Assembly (NCBI GenBank): GCA_050943115.1
Contig: JBMNON010000006.1
Location: 963-64,962, forward strand
Direction: 5' to 3'
Source: Patescibacteria group bacterium
GTDB taxonomy: Bacteria > Patescibacteriota > Microgenomatia > UBA12405
DNA length: 64,000 nucleotides
Each line of letters starts with the position of its first letter. The stretch's first letter is position 1. The notes beneath the pieces are model-generated. The model did no database searches. It saw only the letters and a program-made list of their open reading frames with translations, and had not been told where the DNA came from. Shown here one piece after another: positions 50,152-60,293 of this stretch. Both the position numbers and the translations under genes were made by a program.

Positions 50152-52350
50152 TTACCGGGCAATATATATTTTTAGAGTTTTTTCGGCAATTATATTGTCC
50201 TGGTTGTCTTTAGCTACAAATTTTAGATTGTAAGGACCATTTCCCTGCCAATCCCAGGAGGAGACGTCGACCAAAATTTCTTTATGAGGATGATCTTGGT
50301 TATTGTCGGGCATTTCATTTAATTGACCATCATCCACCTGCCAATACATTTTGTAGTCTGATAGATTGTAGCCCTTTAGGAGAGCCTTGAAAGGCTGGGT
50401 GCCGCCAATGGTGACGCCGTCAGAAGGCCACCAAACTTCAATCTCGTTTTCAGTTGGCGCAGCAGTTTGGGTCGGAGTAGGAGTGACTGGATTTTGGGTA
50501 GGAGTGGCGGCGGGTGTCGAGGGTGTTTGAGTGGGTGTGGCGCTCGGGCCTGATGTCGGATTCGGAGTGGCCGTTGCCGGAGGAGTGGTAGGTGTCGGAG
50601 TGAGGGTTGAGGATTGGTCGACAGTAACATTATCAACGTTATCGAACCAGATAATTAAAGAGGACCAATAATTTTCAAAGACACCGACTTTTAAACGATA
50701 TTCTCCGGTCTGGGTTGGTGCCCACATGGATTTGAAGTTTGTTACTTGTCCTTGGGTTAGGTTCTGATTATCAAAAACTTTTTGATAAACTTTATTTCCA
50801 GAAGAATTGTAAAGCTCAATGTCAACGATTACGTTACTAAGGTTGCGGTCAGGAGTAATATCTGTACTAATTTCCACCGGCTGATTTACTAGTGGAGTTG
50901 AGGGAGTGAAAGAAGATACGGCTTTAAAATTAGACGGCATATCCGGTGTTGAACTGTCAGACTGAAGAACTCTGAAGTTTAGCAGATCATCCTGCCAATG
51001 ATATAAAGACGACCAGCCGGAGGCGAATATGCCCAATTTCAACTGGTAATCTCCAGGGTTAGAAGGATTCCAGTCAACATTAAATGTCGAAACTTGGGCT
51101 GAATTTAGATCTTTATTTTCGAGGTAGCGTTGAAAGACTTTATTGCCGGAGGAGTCATATATTTCAATATCGACAATGACACTACTTATGTTATTTTGAG
51201 GTTTAACATTGACAGTAACCGTAACATTTTGACCGCTATGAGGAGAGGCGGGCTCGAGGCTGACTGAAGTTTCAAAATCCTGGGGAGATTGGGGGTCGCC
51301 AGGATTGGAAGAAGAACCGCTACCAAACCATTGAGCCATAACTTCTTGGGCAGGTTTATTCTGGGGAGTATAGCTACTGGAGCCGGTACCGCCGGCATTG
51401 GGATTGGCTTCCCACTCCCACCAGTGAATCCCCTGCATAAACGAATGTTCATTCCAAAAGGAGAAAAGGGCTTCATAGTCCCGTGATTGTTCTTCCATGT
51501 CAACAGCGTCGTTACGCCACCAGGCGGCAGGTTCTTTGTGGGCACCGTTAACACTTCTGTACCCAATTTCAGTAAAAAGAACCGGTCTCCCCCACCGAGA
51601 TGATAAAGGGGCAATTATTTCGCTATTCCAATTACTCCAAGATTCTTTAAGTTGATCGACGGTGGGCTCGTCTATACCGGTAGCCAGGGGAAAATAGGCA
51701 GCATAACCGATATAATCCAACTGATCCCAAAATTGAATTTCACTTCCCTCCCGGGGAGTAGTGTGTTGGGCACTATAAGTTAAGGTTCCGGAAAAACGAG
51801 ACCGGACTTGAGAGATTAAATCAATCCAAAGCTGAGTATTGCGGGGATCATGATTATGGCTGGTAAGGTTATAAGTTTCAGAACCCAGACAAATTTGAGC
51901 AACCCCTGTTTCTGAAGCAATATCAGCATAGTAATTGAGAATACTGCCATAAGTCTGAAACCAAGTATCTTTATCAGATGGTTCTATATAACGGCGCCAT
52001 TCGCCATTCGAAATCTCGGGATGAACCTTGAGCATAACGCTTAGCCCAATTGATTTGGCGTAGTTTATCCCGCTTCGCAAAGACTCGTCAGTGGGCGTAT
52101 TCCAGCCTCGATATAGATTATTAGAATTGCGGCTGTCCTGATAATAGGGAATGATTAAGGTAACAAAGTTAGCATTGGCGGATTTGAGATTGTTCAGAGA
52201 CTGCCGGAAGGAGTCGGATGAATAGATGGTGGTCGAATTGGGCATAATAGTAGCACCTTTTTGCCAGGAAGAAACCTGAGCATTCACTTTTGTAGTAGAA
52301 AATAAGAAGAACAATAGAAGCAGGATTTTTGCCAGGACTTTTTTCAGCAT
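50152..52350 (-). CDS. secreted clan GH-A (TIM-barrel) glycoside hydrolase, possibly mannanase-like, with two tandem ~100-aa modules, a PT linker and a C-terminal beta-sandwich domain
   Basis: It has a signal peptide and a nucleophile-like VLFTEIGY. The two modules (VDIEIYDSSGNKVFQ...YQLKLGIF...; VDIELYNSSGNKVYQ...YRLKVGVF...) are paralogous to those of the GH5 gene at 10858-12831. Confidence 0.65.
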   Translation of the reverse strand: MLKKVLAKILLLLFFLFSTTKVNAQVSSWQKGATIMPNSTTIYSSDSFRQSLNNLKSANANFVTLIIPYYQDSRNSNNLYRGWNTPTDESLRSGINYAKSIGLSVMLKVHPEISNGEWRRYIEPSDKDTWFQTYGSILNYYADIASETGVAQICLGSETYNLTSHNHDPRNTQLWIDLISQVRSRFSGTLTYSAQHTTPREGSEIQFWDQLDYIGYAAYFPLATGIDEPTVDQLKESWSNWNSEIIAPLSSRWGRPVLFTEIGYRSVNGAHKEPAAWWRNDAVDMEEQSRDYEALFSFWNEHSFMQGIHWWEWEANPNAGGTGSSSYTPQNKPAQEVMAQWFGSGSSSNPGDPQSPQDFETSVSLEPASPHSGQNVTVTVNVKPQNNISSVIVDIEIYDSSGNKVFQRYLENKDLNSAQVSTFNVDWNPSNPGDYQLKLGIFASGWSSLYHWQDDLLNFRVLQSDSSTPDMPSNFKAVSSFTPSTPLVNQPVEISTDITPDRNLSNVIVDIELYNSSGNKVYQKVFDNQNLTQGQVTNFKSMWAPTQTGEYRLKVGVFENYWSSLIIWFDNVDNVTVDQSSTLTPTPTTPPATATPNPTSGPSATPTQTPSTPAATPTQNPVTPTPTQTAAPTENEIEVWWPSDGVTIGGTQPFKALLKGYNLSDYKMYWQVDDGQLNEMPDNNQDHPHKEILVDVSSWDWQGNGPYNLKFVAKDNQDNIIAEKTLKIYIAR

Positions 52351-52412
52351 AAGGACAGAATAGGCAAAAAGATTTAGAACAATCTTATAGCCAAGTAATA
52401 AAAAGGTAAGAT

Positions 52413-53108
52413 TTATATCCGTCCGGAAGAAAGGCGGTTTTCAAAGTCAAAAAGCATATCAGAAAAATTTGCGACAGAAACAACGTTTTCAGGGAGAGAG
52501 AGTCCGTTGCGCCTTAACAGCAATGGAGAGTTCGATGGGTTTCGGAGAAGATAACAGAGAGTATGACCCTCTAGACGGGCAATACGAAGCACAGGCCGCA
52601 GATCATCATCGACATGAATGGTGGTGCGGTAGCCTTCATTTTTTAGATTACGAACCTGCCACTCTTTCCAGGCTGAAGCACTTACGCTTTTGTTAAGACG
52701 GCTCTCGGGTATTTTTGCTTTTAGTCCAGTTTGACACAACCGCCTTTCAGTAAGAGAATGAAGAAGAGGTTCGCGGCCTGACAAGACGAAATGGTCAAGT
52801 TGCCGGTGGTAGTGTGAACCTATTAAGTTTAGTAAATCAATTGTTTGGAGAGAATCGGGATGAAGAGGGCGGCAGCTGTGAAGCGCATTTTTTATCTTAT
52901 TTTCCAAGCGTGTCAGGAGACTATCTTGGGCAACAAAAGGTTCCGGTTCAACTTCCTGGAGGGGAAGTTTTAAATCCCGACGGATGAGTGAGAGGGTTGT
53001 TTTAACAGGAGGTGGGGCAAAAATAAAATGAACTCCGTCAAGATCGTGAGTAAAGGCAATATCTTTTTCCCTGGTCATTTTCGAAATTATAGCAGTAGGA
53101 GGAATCAA
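52413..53108 (-). CDS. hypothetical protein, weakly HAD-like
   Basis: It has an N-terminal DLDGV and a later HVDDD. The evidence is weak. Confidence 0.3.
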   Translation of the reverse strand: MIPPTAIISKMTREKDIAFTHDLDGVHFIFAPPPVKTTLSLIRRDLKLPLQEVEPEPFVAQDSLLTRLENKIKNALHSCRPLHPDSLQTIDLLNLIGSHYHRQLDHFVLSGREPLLHSLTERRLCQTGLKAKIPESRLNKSVSASAWKEWQVRNLKNEGYRTTIHVDDDLRPVLRIARLEGHTLCYLLRNPSNSPLLLRRNGLSLPENVVSVANFSDMLFDFENRLSSGRI

Positions 53109-53203
53109 ACGTTTTTTCTTTTACAAACTTCTTTTTTGTTTATAACAATATTCTTAGAGTGTTGGGGTAGATTTTTACCGTTAGAGTTTAATTTGGAGAA
53201 AAC

Positions 53204-53632
53204 ATGGCATCGACGGGACTAGCTACTTTTGACAACACCATTCAAGAGACTAATGAGTTACTAAAAGAAATTGAGGTTTCGATGGGTTGGACTGACAGGA
53301 GAGAACAATCTTATTCAGCTTTACGAGTGGTACTTCAGGCACTAAGAGACAGACTGCCTTTAGTAGAAGCCGTAAATTTGGCCGCCCAACTACCTATGTT
53401 GATAAGAGGGCTATTTTATGAAGGCTGGAATGTAAGCGATGTACCTATAAAAATGGATAAGGAAGAATTTCTGGATAGAATAAGGGAAAATTTTGTTTAT
53501 TCGATAGATGTTAGTATTAGTGATATGGTCAAAATAGTGCTTTTGGTAGTGATGGAGAGTATCGATTTGGCTGAAGCAGAAAAAATAAAGGCCGTATTGC
53601 CGAAAGACGTAGCTGATCTTATAAAGGTTTGA
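53204..53632 (+). CDS. DUF2267 family protein
   Basis: The sequence SYSALRVVLQALRDRLPLVEAVNLAAQLPMLIRGLFYEGW matches the DUF2267 signature. Confidence 0.5.
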   Translation: MASTGLATFDNTIQETNELLKEIEVSMGWTDRREQSYSALRVVLQALRDRLPLVEAVNLAAQLPMLIRGLFYEGWNVSDVPIKMDKEEFLDRIRENFVYSIDVSISDMVKIVLLVVMESIDLAEAEKIKAVLPKDVADLIKV

Positions 53633-54248
53633 TTAGGGCTGGATTGTCATTGTCCGGGGAGTTGACGGCTGCAGATACCGGGTGGAAATCGAGAGGGTAT
53701 TTGGGAGCATCAGTTAATATGGAATTTAAGACGGGATCATCGTCTGGCGCCCGCAACCACAGCGTTTCTTGACTTGGGGCCAGGATCAAGGGCATGCGAT
53801 TATGGATACTTTTTACGGTACTATTGGCGGCGGCAGTAATAATGGTGTAGGAATCATTTTCGTAAATACCAGCAAAAGAAAAATATTTAGATTCCCGGGA
53901 GTAAAAGTAGAAAGGAATTTTGCCATTAGAGCTATTTTGCCATTCATAGAAGCCACTGGCCGGCACAAGGCAGCGCCGATGACGAAAAGCTGAGGCGAAT
54001 GAAGGTTTGTGTGCAACCGATTCCACCCTGGCGTTAATTATTTGTCGAGAAAGAGATTTGTCCTTTGCCCAAGCGGGGATAAAACCCCACCGCATGGATT
54101 GAAGCGTGTTTTCGCCATTTGCAACTAAGATTATTGGAAGTAGTTGTGATGGAGAGATGTTGTAGTGGGATTCGAAGTTCACGGTGCCCGGTAGCGAAAA
54201 CCTTTGGTTAAAGGAGGAATGATACTCAAGGGTATAGCGACCACACAT
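53619..54248 (-). CDS. SOS-response-associated peptidase (SRAP/YedK; abasic-site DNA-protein crosslinking)
   Basis: The catalytic N-terminus is MCGRYTL. It also has YNISPSQ, MRWGFIPAWAKD, INARVESVA and CLVPASGFYEW. The upstream 20 codons of the ORF track are discarded because SRAP proteins start at Met-Cys. Confidence 0.85.
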   Translation of the reverse strand: MCGRYTLEYHSSFNQRFSLPGTVNFESHYNISPSQLLPIILVANGENTLQSMRWGFIPAWAKDKSLSRQIINARVESVAHKPSFASAFRHRRCLVPASGFYEWQNSSNGKIPFYFYSRESKYFSFAGIYENDSYTIITAAANSTVKSIHNRMPLILAPSQETLWLRAPDDDPVLNSILTDAPKYPLDFHPVSAAVNSPDNDNPALIKPL

Positions 54249-54252
54249 AGTT

Positions 54253-55413
54253 CTATGATTCTTTGGGAGATGCAGAAAATAACGACAATAAAAAGCTTCC
54301 CAAGCCAAAAAGGAGTACGAAGAACCAAATAATTACTCCAAGAACGGGAATGAATAAAATAATATATAAAAGAATAAGACCGATAATAAAGGTCCAAAAC
54401 GAGGAGATGTTAAGATTAAGTTTCTGACTTAACCAGGTCCCAAACCAGACTGCGGGAAAGATTTTAGCAACAAATAAAGTTATCAAGAAAAGAGTAAATA
54501 AAATTAACGCCAAGGGAATAGTCAAGGCCAAAACAAACAACACAAACAATAGAACCGGGGCAAGCAGTAAGGTCAGGAAACCAACACCCAGAGACTTGAA
54601 GGGTTGTCGGGCAATTAAGTAAGATGACTTGTCTACGAGTCCGGGCAGATAACGAAGCAGAAGAAGGCCGATAATTAGGGAAGAAATAAAGTCAGCTAAA
54701 GATGCACCAAAAAAGATGTTACCAAGAACCCGAGGGGCTTCCCTTCTAATTCTGCCGTTATCCCCATCCAATTTGAAGCGAGATTCTCTTTGGATTGTTT
54801 CGCCACTTATTTGAGCATCTTCACTAATAGATACCCGGGCGTCCTGATTATAAGCCAAGTCCCGGTTTACGCGAGTATTAGAGGCCAGAGTTAAGTTGGA
54901 AACAAGGGCTTCAACACGACCGCCAATCTGGTTATCTACTAACAGACTTTCAGAAGCGACAATCAGGTCGCCCCCGATCGGAGCTAAAACATTAATGTTC
55001 CCGGCAGCAGCCAGGATTCCTCCGGAAACCGTAGCTTCCGGTGTAAGCTCGAGGTTTCCCGCAGCAACCGTCAGATTGTCACCAATATCCCCTGTTACAG
55101 TGACCTGACCCCCTATAATGACAAGATCGTCCCGGATAGTTCCGGACACAAGAACAGTTCCACCGACAGCAATAAGATCTCCGTTTATTGTGCCGCTAAC
55201 AATAACCTGTCCACCGGCAACATATACATCGGCAGTTATAGTTTCAGAGATTGTAACAGTATCGTTGGCGGTAATATAAAAGTTGTTGGTAAAAAGGTTG
55301 TTTTCGACAACAGGTGGTCCTTGGGGGAACTGTGTGGACGTTTGGGCAAAAGAGATAATCCGGCATGTAAAGAAAGTCAATAGAAGAACAGAAATAATTG
55401 TCAGTTTCTTCAT
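54253..55413 (-). CDS. secreted beta-helical repeat (bactofilin/DUF583-like GDL repeats) domain fused to a C-terminal polytopic membrane domain
   Basis: There is a signal peptide. The repeat region reads VSGTINGDLIAVGGTVLVSGTIRDDLVIIGGQVTVTGDIGDNLTVAAGN. The C-terminal part has about 6 TM helices. Confidence 0.4.
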   Translation of the reverse strand: MKKLTIISVLLLTFFTCRIISFAQTSTQFPQGPPVVENNLFTNNFYITANDTVTISETITADVYVAGGQVIVSGTINGDLIAVGGTVLVSGTIRDDLVIIGGQVTVTGDIGDNLTVAAGNLELTPEATVSGGILAAAGNINVLAPIGGDLIVASESLLVDNQIGGRVEALVSNLTLASNTRVNRDLAYNQDARVSISEDAQISGETIQRESRFKLDGDNGRIRREAPRVLGNIFFGASLADFISSLIIGLLLLRYLPGLVDKSSYLIARQPFKSLGVGFLTLLLAPVLLFVLFVLALTIPLALILFTLFLITLFVAKIFPAVWFGTWLSQKLNLNISSFWTFIIGLILLYIILFIPVLGVIIWFFVLLFGLGSFLLSLFSASPKES

Positions 55414-55509
55414 AGTAGTTATTGTAAGGTATAAAAGTAAGAACTTGATGAAAGACAGGTAAATATTTCTTCTTACTTTATTATTACCCTAATTTTAATC
55501 AGATTTGAA

Positions 55510-55989
55510 TTGTCGTCTGATAAATTGAATAAGGTGAAAATAGACAAGTATAGATTCGTAGTTCAAAAGCATAATTCTTCCCGAAAACATTTTGACCTAA
55601 GATTAGAATTTAAGGGTATGTTGAAAAGTTGGGCCGTACCCCAAGGAATTGCATTAAATATAAACGAAAAAAGGCTGGCTATTGAAACAAAAGACCATCC
55701 CATGGAATTTCTAGATTATGAAGATAATTCAAACGGCCATAACGGCGAAAATAAAAAAATGGAAATTTGGGATAAGGGAACCTACGCGCCAATTAAGATA
55801 AAACCAAGTGAATCAAATGAAGAGGTGCTGGAAAGCGGTTTTAAGAGGGGTAAAGTTAGCTTGTCTTTAGAAGGGGAAAAACTGAACGGAGAATATGCAT
55901 TGGTAAAAACCAGTTTTAAAAGCAACGACCACTGGCTTATTATTAAAAAACAAAAAAAGACGAAAAGAAGTAGTAAAATTAATATATGA
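55510..55989 (+). CDS. standalone LigD 3'-phosphoesterase (PE) domain protein
   Basis: It has RFVVQKHNSSRKHFDLRLE, SWAVPQG, RLAIETKDHP and IWDKGTY. Confidence 0.75.
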   Translation: MSSDKLNKVKIDKYRFVVQKHNSSRKHFDLRLEFKGMLKSWAVPQGIALNINEKRLAIETKDHPMEFLDYEDNSNGHNGENKKMEIWDKGTYAPIKIKPSESNEEVLESGFKRGKVSLSLEGEKLNGEYALVKTSFKSNDHWLIIKKQKKTKRSSKINI

Positions 55990-56171
55990 AAAAATTAACC
56001 AGACCTAAAGAAGGAAGAATTGTGGCCGGAGTCGCTGCTGGAGTAGCAAAATATTTTGAGATTGATGTAACACTGGTTAGACTAATTTGGGCTTTACTTT
56101 TCATTCCGGGCGGTTTTCCAGGTTTAGTTCCCTATCTGATTGGATGGCTAATTATTCCCTCCGAAAGATAG
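55986..56171 (+). CDS. PspC-domain protein
   Basis: It has GRIVAGVAAGVAKYFEIDVTLVRLIWALL plus one TM helix. It overlaps the LigD-PE stop by 4 nt. Confidence 0.7.
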   Translation: MKKLTRPKEGRIVAGVAAGVAKYFEIDVTLVRLIWALLFIPGGFPGLVPYLIGWLIIPSER

Positions 56172-56236
56172 AAGTTATTATCTTTTTATTAAAAGATTCT
56201 TAAACACTTCTTACAGTAGATAAGGATAATTGGGGT

Positions 56237-56707
56237 ATGAAAATAAGCAGCCCTAAGTTTGGGGACGGAGAAGAAGTTCCTATTGAATATACTTGTGAGG
56301 GGGGAAATATCAGTCCACCGCTTGAGTTTAGCGACATACCAAAAGAGTCAAAAAGTTTATCCTTAATAGTTACCGATCCCGATGCACCAGCAAATCCATG
56401 GGTGCATTGGGTGGTGTTTAACATACCGGCAGACACAAAGTATTCAGAAGAAGGAGAACTTCCAAAAGGAGGAGTAGAAGGAATAGCTAATGGCGGAACA
56501 TACGGTTACGAAGGCCCTTGTCCGCCCGAAGGCTCACACAGATACGTGTTTAAACTATATGCCCTTAATAAAATGCTTGATATACCAAAAGACTCTGACA
56601 GGAATAAGGTTTTGGCAGCTATGGAAGGGAATATCGTCGGTGAAGCTGAGTTGATTGGTTTTTACCGATTAAAAGACCCGGAGAAAATATATGGCAGAGG
56701 AAAGTAG
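56237..56707 (+). CDS. YbhB/YbcL-family PEBP (phosphatidylethanolamine-binding protein-like)
   Basis: It has SPPLEFSDIP, LIVTDPDAP, WVHWVVFNIP, GPCPPEGSHRYVFKLYAL. Confidence 0.8.
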   Translation: MKISSPKFGDGEEVPIEYTCEGGNISPPLEFSDIPKESKSLSLIVTDPDAPANPWVHWVVFNIPADTKYSEEGELPKGGVEGIANGGTYGYEGPCPPEGSHRYVFKLYALNKMLDIPKDSDRNKVLAAMEGNIVGEAELIGFYRLKDPEKIYGRGK

Positions 56708-56778
56708 GATGACACAAGACCAAGAAGTGATTGAAGCACGGGTGGGGAAAAGCCGATTTTTTATGTTTGTAAGGGAAA

Positions 56779-57876
56779 ATGGATTGGGAAAGGATAACTA
56801 ATGTAAAAAAAATAGCCGTGCTAAGAGCCAATGCCATAGGTGATTTTATCTTTGTGTTGCCGGCCATAAGAGCCCTTCGAGAGACGTATCCGGAAGCTGA
56901 AATTGTGTACTTGGGAAAACCCTGGCATAAATCATTTCTAAAAAGCAGACCAAGCGATATTGACAGAGTTATCGTAGTTCCAGTTTCACATGGGGTTAGA
57001 GAGGAGATAGGAATAATAGAGAAGAAAGAAGAACAGGAAGATTTTTTTAAAGAAATTAGAAAAGAAAATTTTGACCTTGGTGTACAACTTCATGGGGGCG
57101 GCAAGAATTCAAATCCATTTTTATTAGGCATAGGCGCTAAATTTAACATAGGAACAAAAACTCCTGATGCCGTTGAGTTAGACAGGTGGGTGCCATATAT
57201 CTATTATCAGAGTGAAATATTGAGATACCTTGAAGTAGCGGCGTTGGTGGGTGCAAGAACAGCAGAAATAGAGCCAAAGCTGATGGCAACAAAGGAAGAC
57301 AGGGATGAAGCAATAAAAGCCATCGAAGGAGTTAAAGATACTTTAGTTGTGATGCACCCCGGCGCTTCCGATATAAGAAGACAGTGGCCGGCGAATAACT
57401 TTGCCAAGATAGGAGACGAACTGGCCGAAAAGGGAGCAACCATAGTTCTGACTGGTGTTGATTCAGAAAAAGATACTACGGATACGATAATGAGGATGAT
57501 GAGACAAAAAGCATTTAATTTGAACGGTAAATTAAGCTTGGGAGGAATGCTGGGATTGCTTTCTTTAAGTGATTTGGTGATTTCAAACGACACTGGACCG
57601 CTACATCTGGCTGAAGCGGTAGGAGCCAAGACGGTGGGGATATATTGGTGCGGCAATCTGATTAATGCAGGACCCATGACAAGAACAAAACACCGACCCT
57701 TGCTTTCATGGACAATAAACTGCCCTATTTGCGGTTACGATGTAGCAAAACTCGGATTTCCTTTCTACACAAAACCTTTGGACTGCAAGCATGCAACATC
57801 ATTTGTAATTGACATATCAGTCGACGAAGTCAAACAAAACGCAATGGAGCTCTTGAACCAGAAGGCGGCGAAATAA
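56779..57876 (+). CDS. GT9-family glycosyltransferase (heptosyltransferase-like)
   Basis: It has KKIAVLRANAIGDFIFVLPAIRALRETYPEAEI. The C-terminal GT-B half reads SNDTGPLHLAEAVGAKTVGIY. Confidence 0.75.
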   Translation: MDWERITNVKKIAVLRANAIGDFIFVLPAIRALRETYPEAEIVYLGKPWHKSFLKSRPSDIDRVIVVPVSHGVREEIGIIEKKEEQEDFFKEIRKENFDLGVQLHGGGKNSNPFLLGIGAKFNIGTKTPDAVELDRWVPYIYYQSEILRYLEVAALVGARTAEIEPKLMATKEDRDEAIKAIEGVKDTLVVMHPGASDIRRQWPANNFAKIGDELAEKGATIVLTGVDSEKDTTDTIMRMMRQKAFNLNGKLSLGGMLGLLSLSDLVISNDTGPLHLAEAVGAKTVGIYWCGNLINAGPMTRTKHRPLLSWTINCPICGYDVAKLGFPFYTKPLDCKHATSFVIDISVDEVKQNAMELLNQKAAK

Positions 57877-58242
57877 AAAATTTTTTGAGGGTTTTATTGA
57901 TATATTTTTTCTTACAGGCCTTTTACTTCTTACGAAAATATTAATTCTTCAGTAAGTTAGGTTACCCTTGATAAAGTCATAATTGATTGCCTTACCTTGC
58001 GTATTTACTAGAATTACTTGAAGAATTGATAAAAGGGTTGAGGTAATAAATAATCTTTTTCTTGCCCAGTGAGCTAATACAATAGCAGAATTTTTCAAAA
58101 GACGTACGTGTAATAATGCCCTATATTTATGGATTCTTTAAAATGTTTTCTTCCCCTATTCTTACCGTCTTATTACTATGATCTCACTGCTTGAGAATAA
58201 GATACAAGAAACATATTAAGTTCAATATTATTTTGATATAGG

Positions 58243-59292
58243 ATGAGAAGTAGCAAGATTTATCAGGTGTTGGGGAATAAAGTAAAAAAAATAGCAATTT
58301 TCAGAGCATTAATGCTGGGAGATTTAATGTGCGCCATCCCCTCAATCAGAACAGTAAGGTATAGCTTTCCTGATGCAGGGATATTTTTAATAGGATTACC
58401 TTGGTCTAGAAACTTTACAGAAAGATTCAACCACTATTTTGACGGATTTGTCGAGTTTCCGGGCTATCCAGGACTTCCCGAGAGAAAAACCGAAACAAAA
58501 AAAGTAGTCAATTTTCTCAAACAAGTTCAGAGAGAAAAGTTTGATTTGGCTTTACAAATGCAGGGCGATGGTTCAATCGTCAATCCATTAGTTGATTTGT
58601 TTGGGGCAAAAGTAGTAGCCGGATATCGACTGAAAGGGACATACAAGGACGGAGACGATATGTTTCTGGAATATCCTGCCAAGCTGCATGAGATTAAGCG
58701 ACATTTGGCCTTGATGGAGTATTTGGGACTTGAGAGTCGGGGTGTAGATTTGGAGTTTCCCGTAGAAAATTGTGAACAAGAGGGAGCCGACAGACTACTT
58801 GGCAGCTTTGGAGTCGAAAATAGAAAATTTGTGGTAATCCACGGAGGGGCAAGAGATGAGAGGCGAAGATGGAAGGTCGAGTATTTTGCCCGAATGGCTG
58901 ATTATATTAAGGATAACGGCTATGCCGTGGTAATTACAGGCAGCAAAGAAGAAAGAGAAGTTACCCAAAATATTAAAAGATTAGCGACAATCGAAGTTGT
59001 CGATCTTGGTGGAAAGACTAACTTGGGAATTTTTGCGGGCGTACTTAAAAGGGCCAGATTAGTGATTAGCAATGATACAGGAACTTCCCATTTGGTGGCT
59101 GCATTAAAAATTCCAAGCGTAATAATTTTTTCACCATATTCTGAATTAAAAAGATGGGCCCCTTTAAACAAAAAAATTCATAAGACGGTAAGTGCCAGTA
59201 AATCAAACAATTTTGAATACGTTTTGGAGCAAGTGGCAAAGTCCTTGAAAAAGAAACTGCCAAGAGAAGTTGAAAGTTATCAAAAGGCATGA
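58243..59292 (+). CDS. GT9-family glycosyltransferase (heptosyltransferase-like), paralog of 56779-57876
   Basis: It has KKIAIFRALMLGDLMCAIPSIRTV and SNDTGTSHLVAALKIPSVIIF. Confidence 0.75.
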   Translation: MRSSKIYQVLGNKVKKIAIFRALMLGDLMCAIPSIRTVRYSFPDAGIFLIGLPWSRNFTERFNHYFDGFVEFPGYPGLPERKTETKKVVNFLKQVQREKFDLALQMQGDGSIVNPLVDLFGAKVVAGYRLKGTYKDGDDMFLEYPAKLHEIKRHLALMEYLGLESRGVDLEFPVENCEQEGADRLLGSFGVENRKFVVIHGGARDERRRWKVEYFARMADYIKDNGYAVVITGSKEEREVTQNIKRLATIEVVDLGGKTNLGIFAGVLKRARLVISNDTGTSHLVAALKIPSVIIFSPYSELKRWAPLNKKIHKTVSASKSNNFEYVLEQVAKSLKKKLPREVESYQKA

Positions 59293-60293
59293 AAATAAAA
59301 GTTCTGACGTGGCATGTCCATGGCAGCTATCTTTACTACCTGAGCCAATGCAACTGCGATTTCTATCTTCCGGTAAAAGCTGACGATAGTCCCGGGTATG
59401 GGGGTAGAGCCGGAAGCTTCAAATGGGGCAATAATGTAATAGAAGTTGAAGCAAACGAGGTTAAAAAGCTAAGGGATATAGATGTAATATTATTTCAATC
59501 CAAAGACAATTATCTTAAAGATCAGTTTGAAATACTAAACGAGAGACAAAGACTGCTTCCCAAAATATATCTGGAACATGATCCCCCAAGAGAACACCCC
59601 ACCGATACCAAACATGTTGTTAACGATCCCAATTCGCTTTTGATAAACGTGACTCATTTCAATGACCTCATGTGGGACAGCCAAGCGACGCCATCAAAGG
59701 TCGTAGATCACGGTGTTATTATTCCGAAAAATGTTGTTTACAGCGGAGAGCTGAACAAGGGAATAGTCGTGGTCAACAATCTCGCCAAAAGAGGCAGGAG
59801 ATTGGGCTGGGATATTTTTAAAGAGGTCAGAAAGGAAATTCCGCTGGATTTAATCGGAATGGGTTCTGAGGAGATCGGAGGATTGGGAGAGGTGCCTCAC
59901 GACGAAATCGGGGAATTTATTTCAAAGTACAGATTCTTTTTTAATCCAATCAGATATACCAGCTTAGGGTTGGCAGTACTGGAAGCAATGACGGTGGGGC
60001 TGCCGATCCTGGGGCTAGCAACAACTGAAATGGTCACAGCAATAAAAAACGGAGTGAACGGATACATAGATACTGACATAAATATTCTTGTAAAAAGGAT
60101 GCGGCAGCTTTTAACAAATCCGGAAAAAGCAAAAAAATTAAGTGCGGGGGCAAAAAGAATGGCCGATAAACGGTTTGGCATTAAGCGCTTTGTTGCCGAA
60201 TGGGAAGGGATTTTGTCGCAAACTGCAGCCAGAATAAGTTATTCGAAGATGCAGGGTATTTTATTTAAGTCAACGGAGGTATTTAAGGAATGA
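59289..60293 (+). CDS. GT-B fold glycosyltransferase (GT4-like C-terminal half)
   Basis: It has LGLAVLEAMTVGLPILG. Its N-terminal half is atypical. Confidence 0.55.
   Translation: MKIKVLTWHVHGSYLYYLSQCNCDFYLPVKADDSPGYGGRAGSFKWGNNVIEVEANEVKKLRDIDVILFQSKDNYLKDQFEILNERQRLLPKIYLEHDPPREHPTDTKHVVNDPNSLLINVTHFNDLMWDSQATPSKVVDHGVIIPKNVVYSGELNKGIVVVNNLAKRGRRLGWDIFKEVRKEIPLDLIGMGSEEIGGLGEVPHDEIGEFISKYRFFFNPIRYTSLGLAVLEAMTVGLPILGLATTEMVTAIKNGVNGYIDTDINILVKRMRQLLTNPEKAKKLSAGAKRMADKRFGIKRFVAEWEGILSQTAARISYSKMQGILFKSTEVFKE

Noticed and set aside
52413-53108. Calling 52413-53108 a HAD phosphatase or Pnkp-like repair enzyme
   Set aside because: Only a DLDGV and a DDD are recognisable. Motifs II and III are not convincing, so it is kept as a hypothetical with low confidence.
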